From Vicugna vicugna (lineage: Eukaryota): a DNA stretch of 64,000 nt. The notes under the pieces were generated by a model, which was not told where the DNA came from, did no database searches, and saw only the letters and a list, made by a program, of their open reading frames with translations. Location: positions 7,822,721-7,886,720 of the forward strand of contig MU058423.1 of NCBI GenBank assembly GCA_013265495.1, in the 5' to 3' direction. The position numbers and the translations under genes are program-made. Of the stretch, positions 13,890 to 28,647 are shown piece by piece (the first letter of the stretch is position 1; the number at the start of each line of letters is the position of its first letter).

Positions 13890-14375
13890 TACTCTTCTAT
13901 AATCTAGGCTGACCAGTCCAACCTGGCATATCTCAGGTAATTGCATTCTGTACTGTGTATAATAATATGGACCAACAAGTATGTACAGATGAGAATAACC
14001 AGGAAGGTGGAAGTCCTGGAAACATATCATTAGAGGAATGGTCAAAAAGTCTGGGCATGTCCTTCCTGGAAAAAGACAAGTTTAGGGAGCTTGTTATTTT
14101 AAAGGGCCATCATGTGACAGAGAAAAGCAGACCTCTCAGTTGGTACAACACAAGGCAGAACTAAACAATGAACGGAATTTGAGTGGCAACAGGACTTACT
14201 CATGATAGGGTATGTCCAGTATCAAAGCATCAAGTTGCATAAGATTGATTTTACTAACATTGAAAGTACCTGGGTTGAAAAATCCATGTAGCAGGGATGT
14301 TGCAAAGTGCATTTCAATACTGAGTGAAATCTGGACTAGATGACATTTAAACCATATTCTTTGATGTTCTAAATC
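13890..14375 (+). mobile_element. L3/CR1 LINE 3' fragment
   Basis: CR1-like motifs: cctggaaacatatcattagaggaatggtcaaaaagtctgggcatgtccttcctggaaaaagacaag ... ctggactagatgacatttaaa. Confidence 0.6.
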
Positions 14376-16914
14376 TTTCCCCCTAACCACTTGAGAATAA
14401 TACATATACTGTGACAATGCTTCCTCATGCTCATTTGTTATATGAATGTTTGTGAAATTTGGCTGCGCATCAAAACCAGGAGCTTTTGAAAAGTGCAAAT
14501 ACACATCCTATTCCAAGCCCACTGAGTAGCATTTCTGATGATGCAGGGCCATGAAATCTGTATTTTCAATGGCAACAGGTAATTATGCTGCATCCAGACA
14601 TCTTTTCAAAGCATTGGGTTCCTAAGGTCAAAGCAATGGACTCTATCCTTTTATTGAATGGTTAGGTTTTCAAAGTTGTGCTTTTAAGTGACTGAAGACT
14701 AGCCGATTTAACTCATTAGCCGATTTATTACGGGAAGTAATACTGACTTCAAGGACAAGAACTGTGCCCAGCACTTCATATGCATTCTCCAGTTTTATTA
14801 GTAACAGCCTATGAAGTCAACTACCACTGCTTTTGTTACTTTACTGGGGGATGTCGTGCTGAGACACTTTGTTCTCCGAAATCACAGACTATCAGAGACT
14901 TAGCTGTTTGAAATCAGATCAGTAAAAATGGAACAGCCCACTCTTCTCTGGAAGATTTAAGTTACTCTGACACTGAGAAGCAGTGTCAATTTTCAACCGA
15001 GGTACAAAACTTTGGTAAGTGTTTTTCAGCCACAATGTTCAACATTTATCTTAACTTGGTAGTTTCCAAGGAAACAGAATCCAGAGTCCACATCTCAGCT
15101 CAGGCCTCATGCTAACTCCTTTACATTAGAGCCTTGTTCTTTTTTGGCATTATTAAAATTCTGCTCTATTTAAATACTATCGAAACTCCATCCTTCCCTC
15201 AAGTCCTGTTTTTAACCCTGTTTCTTCCTTTGCTTTGTGAGATGCTCCATGGTTCCTCTGGTATGCACTCTCTCTTGATGCAACAAGTCAATAAACCTAA
15301 CTTTGTTATAGATACAGATACAGATATAAGTGTATAGATATAGCTATGTCCTTGATGCTCTTTGATCAAATGCACTATACCGTACCGGTAGATATTTTAA
15401 TCCTCAATTTAAAGATTTTAGTAAAATAAGGCTCAGAAAGGAACTTACTCAGGATCACACAGTAAGTGACAGGACTGGGATTTCAACCCAGATCTATGAC
15501 TTCAAAACCCAAGCTCTTAACACTGCACACAGAGTCAGAGACTGTTGGAGCTGAAAAAGAAACTCAGGCACACCATACTGCTAAATGAAAAATCAGGATT
15601 AGAATCCAGACATCTTGACCTCCCAACCCCCATCACAAGGGTAGTTTTGTTTTTATTTAACTGTCAATTAGCAACTTTTCAGGGTTTCCCTTTTGCTTGC
15701 ACCCCTGGGGACCCAGTATGTTCCTAGGGCTTTGGAGATACCTGGAGCCTTCATTGAGACTCTAACTCTGGCAACTTAGGCAACACCCAAAACTCCAGAT
15801 ATTTCCTAATTATCCCTCCCTGACAGATGAGATTTTCACATCAAACTAATGCATTTCAATTTCAAAATCTGCTGAAACATAATGCATCAACCTTCCTGGA
15901 TACAGTTAATAGACTACTTGCCTAAAATGTGTGAATTCTGTGAAAGCATTATCCTTCTCTTCCTTTTCCATTCATCCCAGTATCAGAGCACATGGGTTGT
16001 TAAGTTTCTAGTCAACCCTGAGTTCACATTACTCAAGTTCACTCCTGCCACTGTGAAGCTGTATAAGGCAGCAACAGCCATCAAAACCCAGGAATATTTA
16101 CTAACTATGGCCACATATTTAACAGTGGATGCCCAAGAGTGGCATCCATCTTGAACCACCAATTTTTAGATGGGGCAATTATCTCATGCTATTCAATGCA
16201 AATATAATGGAAGTTAATCAAAATCATGCAAAAGACACATGATTTCATGCAGTTGATGCAAGTGCTATGAGAGAACTGCTCCGGTCAAATACAAAGGGAT
16301 TATTGAAGGGTAGCTGGCAAATTTATATCCTTTAACAACTGAAGAGAGAACTTATGGATGGGTTCTTCAAAAAACAATGATTTGAATGTCACAGGAACAA
16401 AAGAAGCCCTGAAAAAATTAGGGAACTCCTTGAAGAGTTTTGCAAAACAAATCTATTTATGACTATGCTGTGCAACCAAATGATTTAACTTTTTTAAAAA
16501 AATAGTCACAACCACACGTACAAATTAAGACCTCACCTATTCTTTACTCATGCTCAGTTAACATATTCCCACAATTTTAAGATAATTTATTTTATTCCAT
16601 GTTCTCTTTATTTTTTTCAAGATAAAATTTTAACTATAACTTTTCTTTACTTACAAGAAATTTTAGGACCCACTTAATGTGTATTAAGTTTAAATGCCTG
16701 CTTTCTGCTAACAGCTGTCTCTGGGTGGTGGGAACTCCTGAACCCCTTTTTTGGTGAGACACACGTGGTTTGGGAATCCTCCCTCTTCCTTCTCTTAAAG
16801 AGCTTGACTTCTTTCTTTCCTTGGTTGTACCTCCTTCATCACACAGGATGTATGTCCACACACATCGGCCCTTCACTTAGTTCTACCCTCTCTTGAGTCG
16901 GCTCACATGGCCCC

Positions 16915-17080
16915 CTCTGCTCGAAGTGTGGTCTGAAGACCAGCCACTTTGGATCCCCTGGGAACTTGTTGAAAATGCAGAATCTCAGGCCTTGCCCTCA
17001 ACATTTGAAATAAAATTTACCTTTAACAAGACCCCCCAGGGAGTCTCAAGGTAACACGCACCTTAATGTTTAGCACTGTT
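16915..17080. mobile_element. MER5-family (hAT-Charlie) DNA transposon
   Basis: ctcgaagtgtggtc...ctgggaacttgttgaaaatgcagaatctcaggcc...tttaacaagaccccccagg...gcactg. Confidence 0.7.
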
Positions 17081-17099
17081 CTAGATGATTCCCCAGCAG

Positions 17100-17880
17100 C
17101 TTTCCTGCAATACTGTATTTTGTGAAATCGAGAGGTCATTCTTATCTTCCTGATCTCTCACCTCCACATCTAGTAATTCACAAAATTCTATGCAAAGTGC
17201 CGAGTCCATGTGTAATACTCCCTCTGTATACCTCCTAATTCTTAGCAGAGCCCCAAAATAGCTCCCTAGCTACCCTCCTAGCCATCATTCTCCTTACCAC
17301 TCTCTCCAATATTTATATTTTTTTTCTGAGAGATCTTCCTCTAAACAGCAAACAAGTCTGGCACCAGTCCCCTTTTTGCAACTCTTGAAAGACTACCTGT
17401 AGTAAGATCTAACCTCCTTGGAAAGCCACGAGCACCGGCTGGTTCCTGCTACCTCTCCAACCCTGTCTCCTCCCTCCTCCCACCGTACCATGCACTCTTC
17501 TCCGGCACCAGCCCAAGCTACTTAGAGCTCCCTGAGCAACATGTGATCTCTAACACCTCAGTGGTCCATTTTCACATGCTGTTCCTGGGGTAGAATGGCC
17601 TTTCCTTCCTGATCTACTCAGGAAATTCTGCGGAATCCATCTAAGCCACAGTCTCCTGAAGCCTTTTCTATCCCACCCGCACAGAACACTAACCTGTTTA
17701 CGTCCCACCTCATTTTGTACAAATTATACAGCACATTATATTGAAATTATCTTATACATGTATTTCTTTCTTATTTCTAAGATACTGAATGAGTATATTA
17801 TGTTAGTCTTTAACCTCTAGCATTTAGTGTCTAGCATAAAGAGGATGATCAATAAATCCTTGCTGAACGCATAAGTGATT
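17100..17880 (+). mobile_element. L2 LINE 3' fragment
   Basis: Ends with an L2 3' terminus: ctagcatttagtgtctagcataaagaggatgatcaataaatccttgctgaacgcataagtga. Confidence 0.55.
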
Positions 17881-18409
17881 CACCATGAAACAAATCTTGC
17901 TGCTCAAATAATCCTAAGTGCCATTTTATAGAAAACTACTGACTTATACAAGTATTTTGATAGATATTAATAAATGTATTTTGACAGAAAAAACATATAA
18001 AAAAGGACACTTTTTTATCATAGGCATGTTTCTGAACCACTCTTATAAGAAAACCTATTAATGAGGTTCACATGAATGATGCATCACCATTACTGAACAG
18101 CAGTTATGAGCAGTTTCCAGCTTTAAGTTCAATAACTTCTTGAAAACCTTATGGACTGCAGTAAGACAGAAATTATAGCCTAAGTGGGCATGTCTGAAGG
18201 CTTAGAAAAGGTAACTTTTGCTTATTTTGTTTTGTTTTAAACAGCGTCGAAGAAGTAGAAAGGTAAAACATAATACTTCCAACTCTGAAGTGTAAAATAT
18301 CAGAATTTATGTGCTTCACTTGCAGCCGTATAGCCAGGCAACAGTTAAAAACAGAGACCACATCAGAATCGCCTGGGGAACCCCTGCATCTTCAGTGCAG
18401 GACACGCAT

Positions 18410-18572
18410 GTGAAAGTGAAAGAGAACAAGAGAGAAGGAAGGACAATGAAGGGAGGGAGAGAGAGGAGGGAAAGAAGAAAAGGAGGGTGGAAGAAAAAGG
18501 AAAAAAGGGAGAGAGAGAAAGGAGAAGGGAAAGGAGAGGGGAAGGGGAGAGAGGGAGGAAGGGAGAGGGAGC
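18410..18572 (+). repeat. GA-rich low-complexity purine tract
   Basis: About 160 bp of almost pure G/A (gggagggagagagaggagggaaagaagaaa...). Confidence 0.9.
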
Positions 18573-20714
18573 ATGCCCTGCAGAGACAAATCCACTTTCA
18601 GTCACGGCAAACGTCTCAGCGCTCCTCGTGCTGTCCTGTGTCTGCACACCTTTCCACAGACACCTGACAAGAGGCCTCTATACTAGAATTAAAATTTTAA
18701 CCATATGCTTTATGACTCAGGTTATGTGTAAATATTACAATTCAAACTACTCCTTGCTGACACGTGCATGTAATTGTGAATACTATTTTCTCGATAACAT
18801 AAGGTTCTTCAAGAGCTTTGGTATTACTATTAGCCTCTCTTCTTTCTCAAGGGAAATCCTGTTTCCTAATAATATTTTTTCACAGTCTCTTTACACTTAG
18901 TAGTCTTATAATACTATAGTTCAGGTAAATATCATGATTTTATTTCATTAATTGGAAGAGAGGTAAAAATGTAGTTACTAGGAAAAATGATGCGCCTTGA
19001 CCAAGGAAGGGATGTAGTATATAATTCTCTACTATTTGAAGCACAGAACCAAGTTCCTTATGACTTAAATCTCATTTTATTTTAGGGCCCACAATAAATT
19101 ACACTGTCCATTTCCCTCAGTTAAAAATTAAGAAAATTAAGAGCTAAACTTTCAAAACTTGCTCAAGCTCTACCTTTTTCCAGTGAAGTTTTTCCTGATC
19201 ATTTCACCACATGGCACCCACCTCCTTTTCTTTTACTTCTCCACTGTATCTCTATACTTGTAAGATTGGAACTATTCAGCTCACATGTACATATCTGTTT
19301 ATATTCTGTTATGCTCCCAGATTGACAAATGACCCCAAAGATGAAGCTGTATCATATTAATCTTGCAATTTAGGACAGTCCGGTCCCTGGGCCACAGAAT
19401 GTACTTAATAAATGTTTAATAAATGCCTTTAAAAGCCAATGAGAGGATAATAACACACTTTTGCTTACTTTTATAACAGACTGTAATACATATTTAAAAT
19501 GGACTCTGTGGAAAGAACAAAACATATTAAGCAGGAAAAAGCATACATTTAATTTCAACAACAAAAGACGTTTGTCAACACAGTGCTCCTTTACCTACGC
19601 ATTGTCAAGTGCATACTTCTGTATGTCACTGGACTGCTTTTACTTGAGTGTTCACAAAGGGAACTATTTCTAAGTCAAGTTACTTATGTCCTCCTAAAGC
19701 TGCTTTTATAAGGTCAACAGTTCTTAATAGCACTGAAACAAAAAAGGACAAGGGAATGAGGCAATGAATTTGTACAGCTTCATCTATGTGGTGGTTATTT
19801 TAATGACCTGGCCTTAACTGTTTTTCTGACCCCCTTTTATAAAACTGCATAACTCTTACGACACTTTCAATGACAAAGCACACCTGACTTGTTTCCAGCC
19901 TAGATCTCTAGACATTTATGTTTAACTATGTTTGCCGGAGCTTTCAAATCACAAAACAACCTTGACTACACATACTGATGAGGAGACAATACTGACAAAT
20001 AATATAGCTAGTGCTACTACATACAAATTAACTGTGCATAGTTCCACGATGTTTGTGAATTTGTTAAAAAAGCAAGCTACAAATGTAATCTTTCATACTT
20101 TGATGTGTGGGGTTATTTACTACCACCAGATTTTTGGTTCCTGCTAAACATGCATTTCAAATTCAAGAGGGAGATAAGCTATATGAAGCAACGTACAACA
20201 ACCTTTCAGAAAATTGCACATTTGAAGATCCAATTTTATTCTTTCACGCTACCACTGAAACAGTCTTCTTTCTGATCACCAGGCAATTTTCCAACCTCTC
20301 TGAGATTTCTCTTCCTAAACAATTTCTTCCCGAAAAGCTTTCGGCAATAATTTAACACTTCAGTCTGCCCTGGTGAGTTGGATGAATTAGAAAAATCTGA
20401 AAATAGATTCCAAAGGAAACGAAGCAGCAACTGAACACTTACCTGAGAGTCAGTGACTCCCTGATGAGAGCTCTGCTCTGTCACAGTCAAAGATGAACAT
20501 AATAAATGAAGATGTTACTTTTAATTTCTGTGCTTAGCTTTAAGCATTTATTTACTGGAAGTATGCAATGGCTAAACTGCCATGCTTCCCCTAAATAATG
20601 CCAATTATTTAAAAAAATAAAATTTGAAATAAATAGTTGCTATGATACTGTTATTGTGTCTGTGGGTGTGCATATACGTGCGTACATAATATTAGGAGCA
20701 TACTTAGAACGTGA

Positions 20715-20890
20715 CGTTAGGGTTCAAACACGGAACTTGCCATTTATTAGCCGTGTGACTTCAGCTAGCTTACTTAACCTCTCAGTGCCTCAGTTCCTCA
20801 TCTATAAACTGGTTATTGTAACAATACCGACCTCACAGGGTTTGTGTGAGAATTAAAGGAATTCATACAAATAAAGTTCTAAGAATGGGG
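20715..20890 (+). mobile_element. MIR SINE (well preserved)
   Basis: gggttcaaac...gccatttattagccgtgtgacttcagctagcttacttaacctctcagtgcctcagttcctcatctataaa...cctcacagggtttgtgtgagaattaaa. Confidence 0.85.
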
Positions 20891-21179
20891 CCAGAAAGAC
20901 AGGCTTAAATAGGCAGCTCCTCAAGGCTGGCCTGTGGGATGAGTGTGCTTTAGACCCTTTCTGGGATATGTTGCAGCCAATCACTATCAACCAGCCGTAC
21001 GAGATCCAACAATATTTTACACTTTCAAAACTCTAAAAGCTAAACTTTTATATTGTTAATTCACAGACAGTTTGATGATCTTTGCTTCCTTATCACGAAC
21101 AATTTCAGTCTCTACTCTCTATTCCTTAAAGTGGGGAAAAGATACACAAACATCTTTGGCACTGGACTACTGATGACTA

Positions 21180-21400
21180 ACAATGACTGAGAACTCCTTA
21201 TTTGCCAAGTCCATTGATAAGCGCTTTTATTTCATCCTCAGAAATTCCTAATGAATCAAGTTCTCTCATTATCCCCAATTTGCATACAGGGAAAACGAGG
21301 GTCCGGGAGGTCACACAGCCAGCAGTCGAGTGGTGTCAGAGCAGAGAGGGAGGAGGCGCCTGTGGAGACTTCAGGATAGAAACCAAGCTCTTAAGTATGG
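21180..21400 (-). mobile_element. MIR SINE
   Basis: cattatccccaatttgcatacagggaaaacgagggtccgggaggtcacacagcc. Confidence 0.6.
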
Positions 21401-21516
21401 TACTCAGAAGGGACTATGTAGGGAATTCAGTTTAATCTATTTCCTGGTGAAACAACCCAGAGCAAGGCAATGACTAAGATGATACAAAACAAGTCTTTTG
21501 CAGTACAGTCTGAGGC

Positions 21517-21544
21517 TGTCTCTGTCTCTGTCTCTGTCTCTGTC
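21517..21544 (+). repeat. (TGTCTC)n microsatellite
   Basis: tgtctctgtctctgtctctgtctctgtc. Confidence 0.85.
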
Positions 21545-22429
21545 ACACTACTTCACATCCTCCTTTTCTCTAGCCTAATCCTGGAGTTACATTTTCTCAC
21601 TTCTTCAATTTTGAGTAGAAAGTCAGAGAAAAAAAAAAAAAAACCATGTTTGCCCTGAATATATTCCTCCCCCACACATCCATTTTTTCTCTTTTGAAGT
21701 AGCAACAACAGCTGCCAACAGAGGATCCCCCGGGCTTACAGAGCATCAGTCAGCTTCACAGATGAAGGCAAAGATGAGAAGACAGAAATCTCTCCTTTAG
21801 AGAATTTTGCTAACGTTTTTCACTCTAAATTCCTTCTTTCATTAGTGAATACTTTTAAGACAACCCTGAAACCTCAAGGCAAGAATGGGAAAGCACTAAA
21901 TTCTAGAAGCTACAAGTGGTCCCTGATTGCCAAGGGTCAAATGAAGGGGACTTGAGTGAATGGACACTCAGATCTCCATCTTCTCCAATTCATTTTATTT
22001 AAACTCATCCTTTCCATGGCCTACAGTCTCTTCCGTCTTCCCTATGTTATTAGAGACAAATTTCATTAGCCAAAGGCAAGAATAAGAGAAGACTGCTTTC
22101 ATATTTTTGTAGAGTTCCAGTGACTTGAGGCTTATCAAGAGAAGTCAGAACAAGAGTTAGATACAGTACTTCTTCGCTTAGACCAAAAGTGCTTGCATTC
22201 TAAATCTCAAATTTGGAAGGAAAAAGCATTCTTAACTTTATGTTTAAACTATATCCTTTTACTCATACATTCATCATGCACACATAGAAAGACAAATGCA
22301 AAAATGCAATAACATTACACAGGCTCATTTTGCAAAAAAAGTGGGGGGGCACTATTTTAATTTTTGTGCTGAAAACAGTCTCCTTTTTAAAATGAGGGAA
22401 GTTCAGGAATAAAACAGTAATATATTAAT

Positions 22430-24380
22430 GTATTCATTCGTCTAATAAATATTACTGAGAACCTGCTATGTAGCAGGCATTCTTACAGGCATTGAGAATA
22501 TCCCAGCAAACAAAACAGGCAACATTCCTGCTTTCATGGAGCTTTTTTTCTCGTGGAGAAAACAAATAATAAACAAGACAAATAATTAAAATATATAGGA
22601 TCCTAACTGGTGGTAAGCTTCTAAGGAGAAAAAAAGTAAAGCAGCAAAAGACAGCATGAAATAATCAGATGAAGAGAGAAGAAATCTGAGATAGTGCAGT
22701 CAGCAAAGACCTTATGAAAAAGTGATCTTTAAATTAAAAAGAAAGTGAGAAGACATTTGAGAGACTGGAATTCCACCAGAGAAGAGCAAATCCAAAGGCC
22801 CTGAGTTGGAAGAGTATCTTGCCTCTCTGAGGTACCAGAATGACTCCAGTGACATGAACAAAGAAATGAGATCAGAGAAATAAGAGCAAGCTAGATGATG
22901 TAGAACCTTAAGGTTCATGCTAAATATTTTTACTTTTACTATGAGTGAGATGGGAATCTATTAAAAGAGTTTTAAGCAGAGGAATAGCATAATCTGACTT
23001 ATAATTTAACAGAATTACTCTGGTAAGAGGGTTAAAAAAGGACTACTTGGTACAAGATCAATAATGGTGGCTCTTGTAATAAACCAGACGAGAGATGATG
23101 ATGACTTGGAGCAGCATGGCGGAAGCGAGGGTGGTGTAAAATGGTTGAATGCTGGGTATATTTTGAAAGTAGAGATGAGAAGACCTGCTGATAAAACTGA
23201 CAAGATACGTGGAAAAGAAAAAGTTAAGGCTGAAATCTAACTTTTTGGCCTGACCAATTGAAACATGGAACTGAAATGAGGACGACTATAGAAATGGTTG
23301 CATATATATAGTTTTTTGATTTTATTTCTTTCGTTTCATTTGCTGGAGATGTGGAAGGCATATCAGGAGCTCATTTTTTAACATGTTCAATTTAAGATGT
23401 CTATTAACCATCTAAGTGGAGATGTCAACTAGATAATTGGATGTACAGGTCTGAATTGACAGGAGAGGTGTGTGAGGAAGAAATGAATTTAGGAGTCATT
23501 AGCATATAGATGAGGAAGAATCAACAAAAGAGACTGAGAAAGACAGGTCTGAAAGTAAAAGGAAAACTAGGTGAATGTGGCATCCTTGAAGCCAAGTGAA
23601 GAAATTATTTCGGGGGTCGAAAGCAAAAGTCTGATAAATGCTGTCCATAGGTCAAGAAAGTTGAGGACTGATAATTGACTGCTAGATTTTGCAATGTGGG
23701 ATCCTTTGTGGCCTTGATAAAAGTGGTATCAGTGGAGTGGAGGAGTGTGAACAAAAATTTGGTTATGAAGAAAGAAACTAAAGATGGTGAGTACAGACAA
23801 CTCTCAAGAAGGTATGCTACAAAGGGATAGTGAGAAACAGGCAAAATAATGGAAAGATATTAGGATTAGGGAAGTACTGTTTACTAGTTTATATTTAAAA
23901 TAAGAGATATAAGGTGGTGTTTGTATCCTGTTATGAATGATTCATTAAAGTGAGATTTACTGATGTCAGAAAGAGACGATTGAGAGACTTGTCTTTGAGC
24001 AGATGCAATGAATGTGTTCTAGGGCAGTCTACTCCAAGGGTAGTCCAAGAATGGCAGAATGACCATCAGCTGGGAGACTGTCAGAAATGCAAATTATCTG
24101 GCCCTATGCTACAGCCAATAAGCCACACTCTCAGGGTGGGACCTAGGACTCTGGGACCCTAGTAATTCCTATCCATGATAGTCTGAAAGATACTGATCTA
24201 GTGCACAGGGGAGGAATCAACCTTATCTAGGAACATGAACAATTTACCTGTGAAATGGGAGAAAAAGTAAAGTCTTCTGGGCACAGGTGAGATGGACAGG
24301 TAAGTATGGTAGTGGAATCATATGGAAGTTCTCTTGCAATTGCTTTGACTTTTCAGTGAGAAAGGAAGCAAGAACATCAG
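22430..24380 (-). mobile_element. L2 (L2a-like) LINE, about 1.9 kb, interrupted by MER5A
   Basis: Starts with the reverse-complement L2 3' end (ttcattcgtctaataaatattactgagaacctgctatgtagcaggca). Internal motifs include ttttgaaagtagagatgagaagacctgctgataaa and catctaagtggagatgtcaactagataattggatgtacaggtctgaa. Confidence 0.85.
24024..24196. mobile_element. MER5A-like DNA transposon nested in L2
   Basis: ccatcagctgggagactgtcagaaatgcaaattatctggcccta...actctcagggtgggacctagga; flanked on both sides by tctag, an hAT-type target. Confidence 0.65.
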
Positions 24381-27300
24381 TCCCTTTTCTCTATTTTGAG
24401 TTGGACTACTAGCTCCACAGTCCCAGAATGACTTTATGTCACTGGAAAAAGCTATATTATTCTCTTCATCCACTGTGACCGAGTAGGAAGTCAACATAAA
24501 CTTTAAGCCTCTTTCTCTACTTTATGCCAATCTTCTATTTCTGCTACTTGCTTGAGTCTATTTTTTCTAGAGATCAATTTGGTTTAACCTTTCTGTCAAG
24601 CTGGGTTCCCCAGAAACCAATACACACACCTACCATACAAATAGCCCCCAAACTAGGAATTGTACTGAGCATTAAAGGAATGTTAAATTTTTGTACTCCA
24701 AATCAAAGAAAAATAAAAGTCCAATGACATAACGTGCCAAGCCAACACTACATAAAATTATCTAAAATCTTTCCTGATCATTATTTATTTCCTTATTATT
24801 TATTATATAGGCTTATCATGAAATACTCTGGATAATAAAAAGACAGGATACCATAAAAAAAAACCCTAACGAGTAAATATATTAATCAATACCTTTCAGC
24901 ATTCCATGAGAAATAATACTCTGTTGTAGGTTTTATAGTTATTGATCCACACTGAGATTCTGAAAAGAAAATAAGTATGTAGTCAGGTCACATATTCTGT
25001 AAGATTACTAGATCTAGTAATATTTTCACTATTTACTAGAAATTGTAAACTAGAAGTTGTTTTTGTTTGTTATTTTTAAAGAAAAATGTATAGGGAATTA
25101 CGCATAAGTAATTAAGCCTAGAGATTATCTTGAATTAAAGTCTAAATGAAATCACTGATAGTTTTAAGACTGCGTATTCCAAAATTAACCACTTTTTGTG
25201 ATGTAAGACATATTCTTTTCACTAAGCCATTAAGTTTGTGTGGTCTAGTGAAATTAACTCTTTTCTGAATGCCATATTTGGGTACAGTATCATCCAGGAA
25301 CTCTCTCTACCACATGCAACTCACACCCAGTACGTAACAATGAAATCTATCTTCTCTCTAAAGGCATACTTGTATTACTTATCTTGATGAACAATATTTA
25401 CTGTCCAAATTTCCAAACCTGGAAATTCCCCCAAGTAACTCTCTCTCCCACACTTCTGTTCAATCACTCACATCTGTTCAATCACTAAGTGCTATCAATT
25501 ATACCCCAATTCTTTACGAATCCATTCTTTTGAACTTCACTGAGTTTCTTATTCTAGGATCTCATCATTTCTTGCCTAAACTGTAAGAATGTGCTCTTAA
25601 GTGACCTTTCTCTGATATGCTTTGCTGTTCCTACAACCCCCATCTGTATATCCAGCATCATAAAAATGCCGAAGTAACAATTTGAGAGAAAAAAGCTAAT
25701 GAATTCATAGCCTTGCTTAAAATTCTTGAATTATATACAAGATAATGTGCAAATGTCTTTGGTTGACCTTGAAGCCTTGGTACTTGTTCACTGCTAGTAT
25801 TTCCAGCTCCATACCTTGTTACTTACTCCATCACCATTCATACTATGCTAGTGGAACTTCTGTAACCACTTAATCTCTTGCCCTGAACAGGGTTGCTACA
25901 TCTACATAAAATAATCACTTCCCACAACTGCAAACTAGAACTCAACTTAAAAAATGGATATTATAATCAATTCACTAGATTATGAGAACAATGCAAACTA
26001 TTTAGCCTTTCACAAATCATAGTTATTTTTATTTCCCACAACTAATAATCATTACAATTTGAGCTCTTCTGTTTCAATGTGTGCCATTTAAACCTGGTTT
26101 TCTTTTGGAAAGAACATATTTTATAGCTTTTATGTTGCTCCTAAACATTCTTGAATCATAAACTTTCTCTATTGTTCTCTTTCAGTTCTTTAGTGTAGGT
26201 ATCTGCATCTCTGAGAAATTGCAAGAAGGCTTCCATTTATGTTGTATTTTTCTTCATGTCATCCTTTCTTTTTAATTTGCAAATAAGGGCACTGGTTTCC
26301 CCTGACATTAATCCTATATTCTTCCAAAGATTCTATTGTTTTGTTGACTGATAGTTCATTAATAAGTATAATTACCATCTGCCATGTTGCATCTTAAATT
26401 ATCCAGTAATTGCATGTGTATTAGCTTTCAATTTTGGAAATTAAGCTCTTAAAAAGACATTCTTCTCCTTCATTAAAATCAGGTAGTTTCAGGTGATTTT
26501 TCAAACAACTAAATTTGTAAATTCACTTTACTTTTTGTTATTGCCACATTACAATACTAATGTAAAATTTCACAGTCCTTTCCATGAATGCTCTGAATAC
26601 TAAGTTTAATAAACTATTGAGCTTTCATCTTAAGTTTCTCATAAGCTATGATTTTTGAAAAAGACAAATTTGGTTTTCTGAGCACTATAATTAAAAAATA
26701 ACAATCAGCTGAAATCATCTGGATGCATTCTGAAGGGGAAAAAAAAAATCCTGGATCTCAAGGTAATACATGCAAGGGAGATTTGAGGAGTCTCAGTATT
26801 TACCCAGTTTAAAGTTGTATTTGAGAATACAGGGCACACATACCTCTATAAATATGTATCTCTTTCAACTTTATTAAAGATATTCTCTTTATCTGTCCTG
26901 CCAAAACTGTTTAAGAGAAATATGTACCTTTGGCTGAAAATTCCAGATACAAACAATTCCAGAATTCTCCTAAGGAATCAAAGCAATATTTTTCCTTTCT
27001 ATAACAGATTCCTTTTCATTTAATTTTCATTCAGCCATATTTCCCTTCGTATCGTCTTTCTGTATTTTTATTTTAAACCACATGTATCATACAAGAAAAT
27101 GGCCTGTGATTTATTCCATTTGGGGCCTGAGACTTGGATGTGGGCAATTTTGTAGTAGTTGTAAAAAGAATGTAATAAAATTACCCATAAGCCCCAAATT
27201 CAATATACACATTTGCCAACAGAACTCTAATAAACAGATCAGTGAATTTTAAAGCTAGAAGGGGCTTTAGACAGTATGGAGTCTAATGATCACCTATCAT

Positions 27301-27799
27301 AGGAAAAAAAACCAACAAACTGAAGCCAAAGAATTTTAATTCACTGGCCAGTCACGCAACTAACTAAAAGAGAACAAGGAACTAGACCCCCTGACTCCCT
27401 GAATCCAAGTCCTGTGCTTTCTGAATAAGTCACATGTTCTTTCACGACACAGACTTCCAGCATCAGTCTATTATTCCTCACGAGATGAAAACAAGAGTTA
27501 ACTGCATTTGCCTTTGCTGTGTGCCTGAGCAACTGCTAACTACTCATTAGGAAAGCAAAACTGGGAACCTATGAAATTTCCTTAGCAGAAGCTTTTCTCC
27601 AAGGCTGCCTTTTCCATCTATACACACGTAAGGTGCCTAGGGTAACGTTCTCCACAGGCAATAGCTATTAATCTTTGACAATTTTTTTAAGAGGCAACAA
27701 TGCTAATTTTAGCATTTTAAAAAAAATCTCGTACTCAACATCTAGTCATCTTAGAAATGCTTTGCAGACTTTTTCGTGTTCTGCCTAAATGCACTCTTT

Positions 27800-28647
<848 letters not shown>

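Noticed and set aside
14700..14730. Short direct repeats (tagccgattta x2; similar pairs at about 25456-25487 and 38955-39005)
   Set aside because: Only two copies each, consistent with slippage micro-duplications; there is no array or CRISPR-like structure.
18311..18900. Overlapping 67-137 aa ORFs rich in E/R/K/G or S/L/P/F
   Set aside because: They are a by-product of the stop-poor GA-rich tract.
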